DNA of 41,621 nucleotides from a virus (Duplodnaviria; Heunggongvirae; Uroviricota; Caudoviricetes): IMG/VR virus record IMGVR_UViG_644736364_000004; one strand, 5' to 3'. Shown piece by piece: positions 38,974 to 41,621 of this stretch (position 1 is its first letter; each line of letters starts with the position of its first letter). The notes under the pieces were generated by a model. It saw only the letters and a program-made list of their open reading frames with translations, ran no database searches and was not told where the DNA came from. The position numbers and the translations under genes were made by a program.

Positions 38974-41040
38974 GTGAATATGGCAGTACAGATTTCAGGC
39001 GTGCTGAAAGACGGTGCAGGAAAACCGATACAGAACTGCACCATTCAGCTCAAAGCAAAACGTAACAGCACCACGGTTGTGGTGAACACGGTGGCCTCAG
39101 AAAATCCGGATGAAGCCGGACGTTACAGCATGGATGTCGAGTATGGCCAGTACAGCGTTATCCTGCTGGTTGAAGGTTTTCCGCCTTCACATGCCGGGGC
39201 CATCACCGTGTATGAGGATTCTAAGCCGGGGACATTGAATGATTTTCTGGGCGCTGCAACAGAAGATGATGTTCGTCCGGAGGCACTGTATCGTTTTGAA
39301 AAGATGGTGGAAGAGGTGGCACGCAACGCTGAAGCCGCCTCTCAGAGCGCAGCGGCAGCAAAGAAATCAGAAACAGCAGCGGCATCGTCCAGGAATGCGG
39401 CGAAAACATCAGAGACGAATGCAGGTAACAGCGCGAAAGCGGCAGCTTCTTCAAAAACAGCCGCACAAAACGCAGCAACAGCGGCAGAACGTTCAGAGAC
39501 AAATGCCCGTGCGTCAGAAGAAGCCTCCGCAGACAGTGAAGAGGCTTCCCGCCGTAATGCAGAGTCAGCCGCTGAAAATGCCGGAGTCGCCACCACAAAA
39601 GCGCGGGAGGCCGCAGCAGACGCAACAAAGGCCGGGCAGAAAAAGGATGAGGCTCTGTCGGCAGCGACACGGGCTGAAAAGGCGGCAGACCGCGCAGAAG
39701 TCGCAGCGGAAGTGACTGCAGAGCCCTATGCGAATATAGTGCCGCCGCTGCCTGATGTGTGGATACCGTTTAACGATTCACTGGATATGATTGCGGGTTT
39801 TTCTCCGGGCTATAAAAAAATAGCTATTGGTGACGATGTGGTTCAGGTCGCCAGTGATAAACAGGTTAATTTCAGTCGCGCATCAACGGCAACATATATC
39901 AACAAATCTGGCGAACTGAAAACGGCGGAAATTAATGAGCCGCGATTTGAGTGTGATGGCCTGCTTATTGAGGGACAAAGAACGAACTACATGCTCAATT
40001 CGGAAAGTCCAGCCAGCTGGGGGAAGTCATCAAACATGGATGTGCCCGAAACCGGGACAGATAGTTTTGGTTTTACTTATGGAAAGTTTGTCTGCAACGA
40101 TTCTCTGGTTGGGCAAACTTCGGCTATTAATATGGCATCAATTGCTGCAACAAAGTCAGTTGATGTCTCAGGCGATAACAAGTACGTGACAACCTCATGC
40201 CGTTTTAAAACAGAACGACAGGTAAGGTTACGTATACGGTTTGATAAGTATGATGGTAGTGCAACAACTTTTCTTGGCGATGCGTACATTGATACGCAAA
40301 CGCTTGAAATTAATATGACAGGTGGGGCTGCCGGCAGAATTACGGCACGAGTCAGGAAGGATAAGACCACAGGCTGGATTTTTGCAGAGGCAACGATTCA
40401 GGCAATTGATGGTGAGTTAAAAATAGGCTCTCAGATACAGTATTCTCCTGAGCGGGGTGGGGCAACAGTATCTGGTGACTATATTTATCTTGCCACCCCA
40501 CAAGTAGAGAATGGGCCGTGTGTATCATCATTTATTATTTCAGGAGGCAGCGCAACGACAAGAGCCAGTGATTTGGTTAGTATCCCCACCAGAAATAATC
40601 TTTATAAGTTACCATTTACTTTTTTACTTGAGATTCATAAAAACTGGGATATTGCACCAAACGCCGCACCCCGCGTGTGGGATATAGCAGCAGCCAATAC
40701 CGGGCAATCAGCAATTGCAGCAATCAACAGAGGTAGTGGTAAGTTATATATGAGTCTGTCAAACCCTTCAGGCTTGTATGTTAATAGCGCAGCGACAGAT
40801 GTATTTGCAGAGAAAACCACATTTGGATGTATTGCAAAAGCTGATGGTCACTTTCATGTGGTGACAAATGGTAAAGCGGTTAATGAAGTTTATTGTGAAT
40901 ATAATGGTGTGACCGCTGATAAAAATATCCGATTTGGAGGGCAGACGAATACTGGAGAACGACATCTGTTTGGCCATATTCGCAATTTCCGCATATGGCA
41001 TAAAGAATTAAATGACAGGCAATTAAAAGAGGTCGTATGA
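38974..41040 (+). CDS. stf: Side tail fibre protein (Stf-like N-terminus, distinct C-terminal domain), 688 aa
   Basis: N-terminus MAVQISGVLKDGAGKPIQNCTIQLKAKRNSTTVVVNTV… resembles lambda Stf; Ala/Ser-rich repetitive shaft; the C-terminal ~430 residues are unrelated to lambda Stf and end in a lectin/LamG-like-looking motif (GHIRNFRIWHKELNDRQL). Confidence 0.8.
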   Translation: MNMAVQISGVLKDGAGKPIQNCTIQLKAKRNSTTVVVNTVASENPDEAGRYSMDVEYGQYSVILLVEGFPPSHAGAITVYEDSKPGTLNDFLGAATEDDVRPEALYRFEKMVEEVARNAEAASQSAAAAKKSETAAASSRNAAKTSETNAGNSAKAAASSKTAAQNAATAAERSETNARASEEASADSEEASRRNAESAAENAGVATTKAREAAADATKAGQKKDEALSAATRAEKAADRAEVAAEVTAEPYANIVPPLPDVWIPFNDSLDMIAGFSPGYKKIAIGDDVVQVASDKQVNFSRASTATYINKSGELKTAEINEPRFECDGLLIEGQRTNYMLNSESPASWGKSSNMDVPETGTDSFGFTYGKFVCNDSLVGQTSAINMASIAATKSVDVSGDNKYVTTSCRFKTERQVRLRIRFDKYDGSATTFLGDAYIDTQTLEINMTGGAAGRITARVRKDKTTGWIFAEATIQAIDGELKIGSQIQYSPERGGATVSGDYIYLATPQVENGPCVSSFIISGGSATTRASDLVSIPTRNNLYKLPFTFLLEIHKNWDIAPNAAPRVWDIAAANTGQSAIAAINRGSGKLYMSLSNPSGLYVNSAATDVFAEKTTFGCIAKADGHFHVVTNGKAVNEVYCEYNGVTADKNIRFGGQTNTGERHLFGHIRNFRIWHKELNDRQLKEVV
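39300..39720 (+). repeat. Low-complexity Ala/Ser/Glu-rich coding repeats within the tail-fibre shaft
   Basis: Reiterated SETNA…SA…AA… units; this region generates the spurious overlapping ORFs on both strands (39221-39715). Confidence 0.5.
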
Positions 41041-41315
41041 AAGATTTAACTTTGAAGTTTCATGACAAACTGCAGTTTAAGGCCTTCCTGTCATCTCTTG
41101 ACTGGGAGGAGGATGAAGACCTCCAGAATAAACTGTTAGTCGATGAAATTGGTTTCACCTACACAGAAACAGGGGTAACAGAAGAGGGAGAACCTGTCTG
41201 TGTCCGGAATGACGGTTATTTTGTCAACATTCGCATTCTTGATGACTTGTTTGATGTTTCTGTATTCTCTGATTATGTCGTGGAGCTGGAAACACCGCTT
41301 CGGGAATGGAGCTGA
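41037..41315 (+). CDS. Hypothetical acidic protein, 92 aa, directly downstream of the tail fibre
   Basis: ATGA overlap with the stf stop; does not resemble Tfa tail-fibre assembly proteins. Confidence 0.5.
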   Translation: MKDLTLKFHDKLQFKAFLSSLDWEEDEDLQNKLLVDEIGFTYTETGVTEEGEPVCVRNDGYFVNIRILDDLFDVSVFSDYVVELETPLREWS

Positions 41316-41327
41316 AAGGAGGAAATA

Positions 41328-41621
41328 ATGGATATAAGCCCCTTACTTCATGCGCTTTGTGCTGTGGCTGCGCAGATACTGGTTGGTCTTTTTACCGGAA
41401 ACTGGGCTTACGGAGCGATAGCCGGTTGTACGTTCTTCATTGCGCGTGAACATACCCAGGCAGAATATCGCTGGATTGAAATGTTCGGGCATGGCAAGCG
41501 AATGAATATGCCGTGGTGGGGCGGTTTTGATCCGCGAGCTTGGGATGTGGCAAGCCTGATGGATTTTGCTGTGCCGGTGGTGGCGTGTCTGCTGGTCTGG
41601 CTGTTGGTTAATCGTGGGTGA
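41328..41621 (+). CDS. Hypothetical small membrane protein, 97 aa (about three predicted TM segments)
   Basis: Hydrophobic stretches LLHALCAVAAQILVGLFTG, WAYGAIAGCTFFIA and LMDFAVPVVACLLVWLLV; stop codon at the window end. Confidence 0.5.
   Translation: MDISPLLHALCAVAAQILVGLFTGNWAYGAIAGCTFFIAREHTQAEYRWIEMFGHGKRMNMPWWGGFDPRAWDVASLMDFAVPVVACLLVWLLVNRG

Larger units (their letters stand above)
1..41621. mobile_element. Lambdoid (lambda-family) prophage, integrase end through tail-fibre region; continues beyond the right edge of the window
   Basis: Colinear order int-xis-exo-bet-gam-cIII-N-cI-cro-cII-O-P-nin-Q-lysis-cos-terminase-head-tail, recognised from the ORF-track translations; cos site with 12-nt cohesive end seen at 19746-19757. 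Confidence 0.95.

Noticed and set aside
39221-39715. Overlapping ORFs on both strands within the tail-fibre shaft region
   Set aside because: Generated by the Ala/Ser-rich low-complexity repeats of the fibre gene; the translations are Arg/Leu/Gln-rich junk.
1-41621. CRISPR arrays, rRNA or tRNA genes, IS elements or transposases
   Set aside because: No spaced direct-repeat arrays, no tRNA-like or rRNA-like segments and no transposase-like ORFs were seen; the only repeats are the coding repeats in C and stf, the single ori iteron and the cosB repeats.

Overview
This window is an almost complete lambdoid prophage in prophage gene order, mosaic in origin. All assignments rest on reading the six-frame translations and the DNA by eye and on recall of phage lambda, phage 21 and DLP12 proteins; no search or computation was run. 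Left to right: int/xis (the int stop codon is at 1-3, so attL lies just outside the window), a lambda-type recombination arm (exo, bet, gam, kil, cIII, ea10, ral, sieB), a non-lambda immunity region (N-like antiterminator, nutL, pL/oL, cI, cro, nutR), lambda-type cII-O-P-ren, a nin region with an orphan Dam-like methyltransferase and rusA, Q, an antisense NmpC/Lc-type porin, phage-21-type pinholin/SAR endolysin/Rz/Rz1, bor, a lambda-like cos site, terminase, and lambda-type head and tail genes through J. The strongest candidate for an undescribed system is a two-gene, AT-rich cassette (185 and 250 codons) co-oriented immediately downstream of cI in the slot where lambda carries rexA-rexB; I could not assign either protein to a family. 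Other points worth a second look: the O gene is split across two frames at a single hybrid iteron where lambda has four (possible replication-defective prophage, or an assembly artefact); the side tail fibre has a lambda-like N-terminus but a different C-terminal domain and is followed by two unknown small genes instead of tfa; the head protease/scaffold gene carries a triplicated ~40-residue module. No rRNA, tRNA, CRISPR array or IS element was seen.
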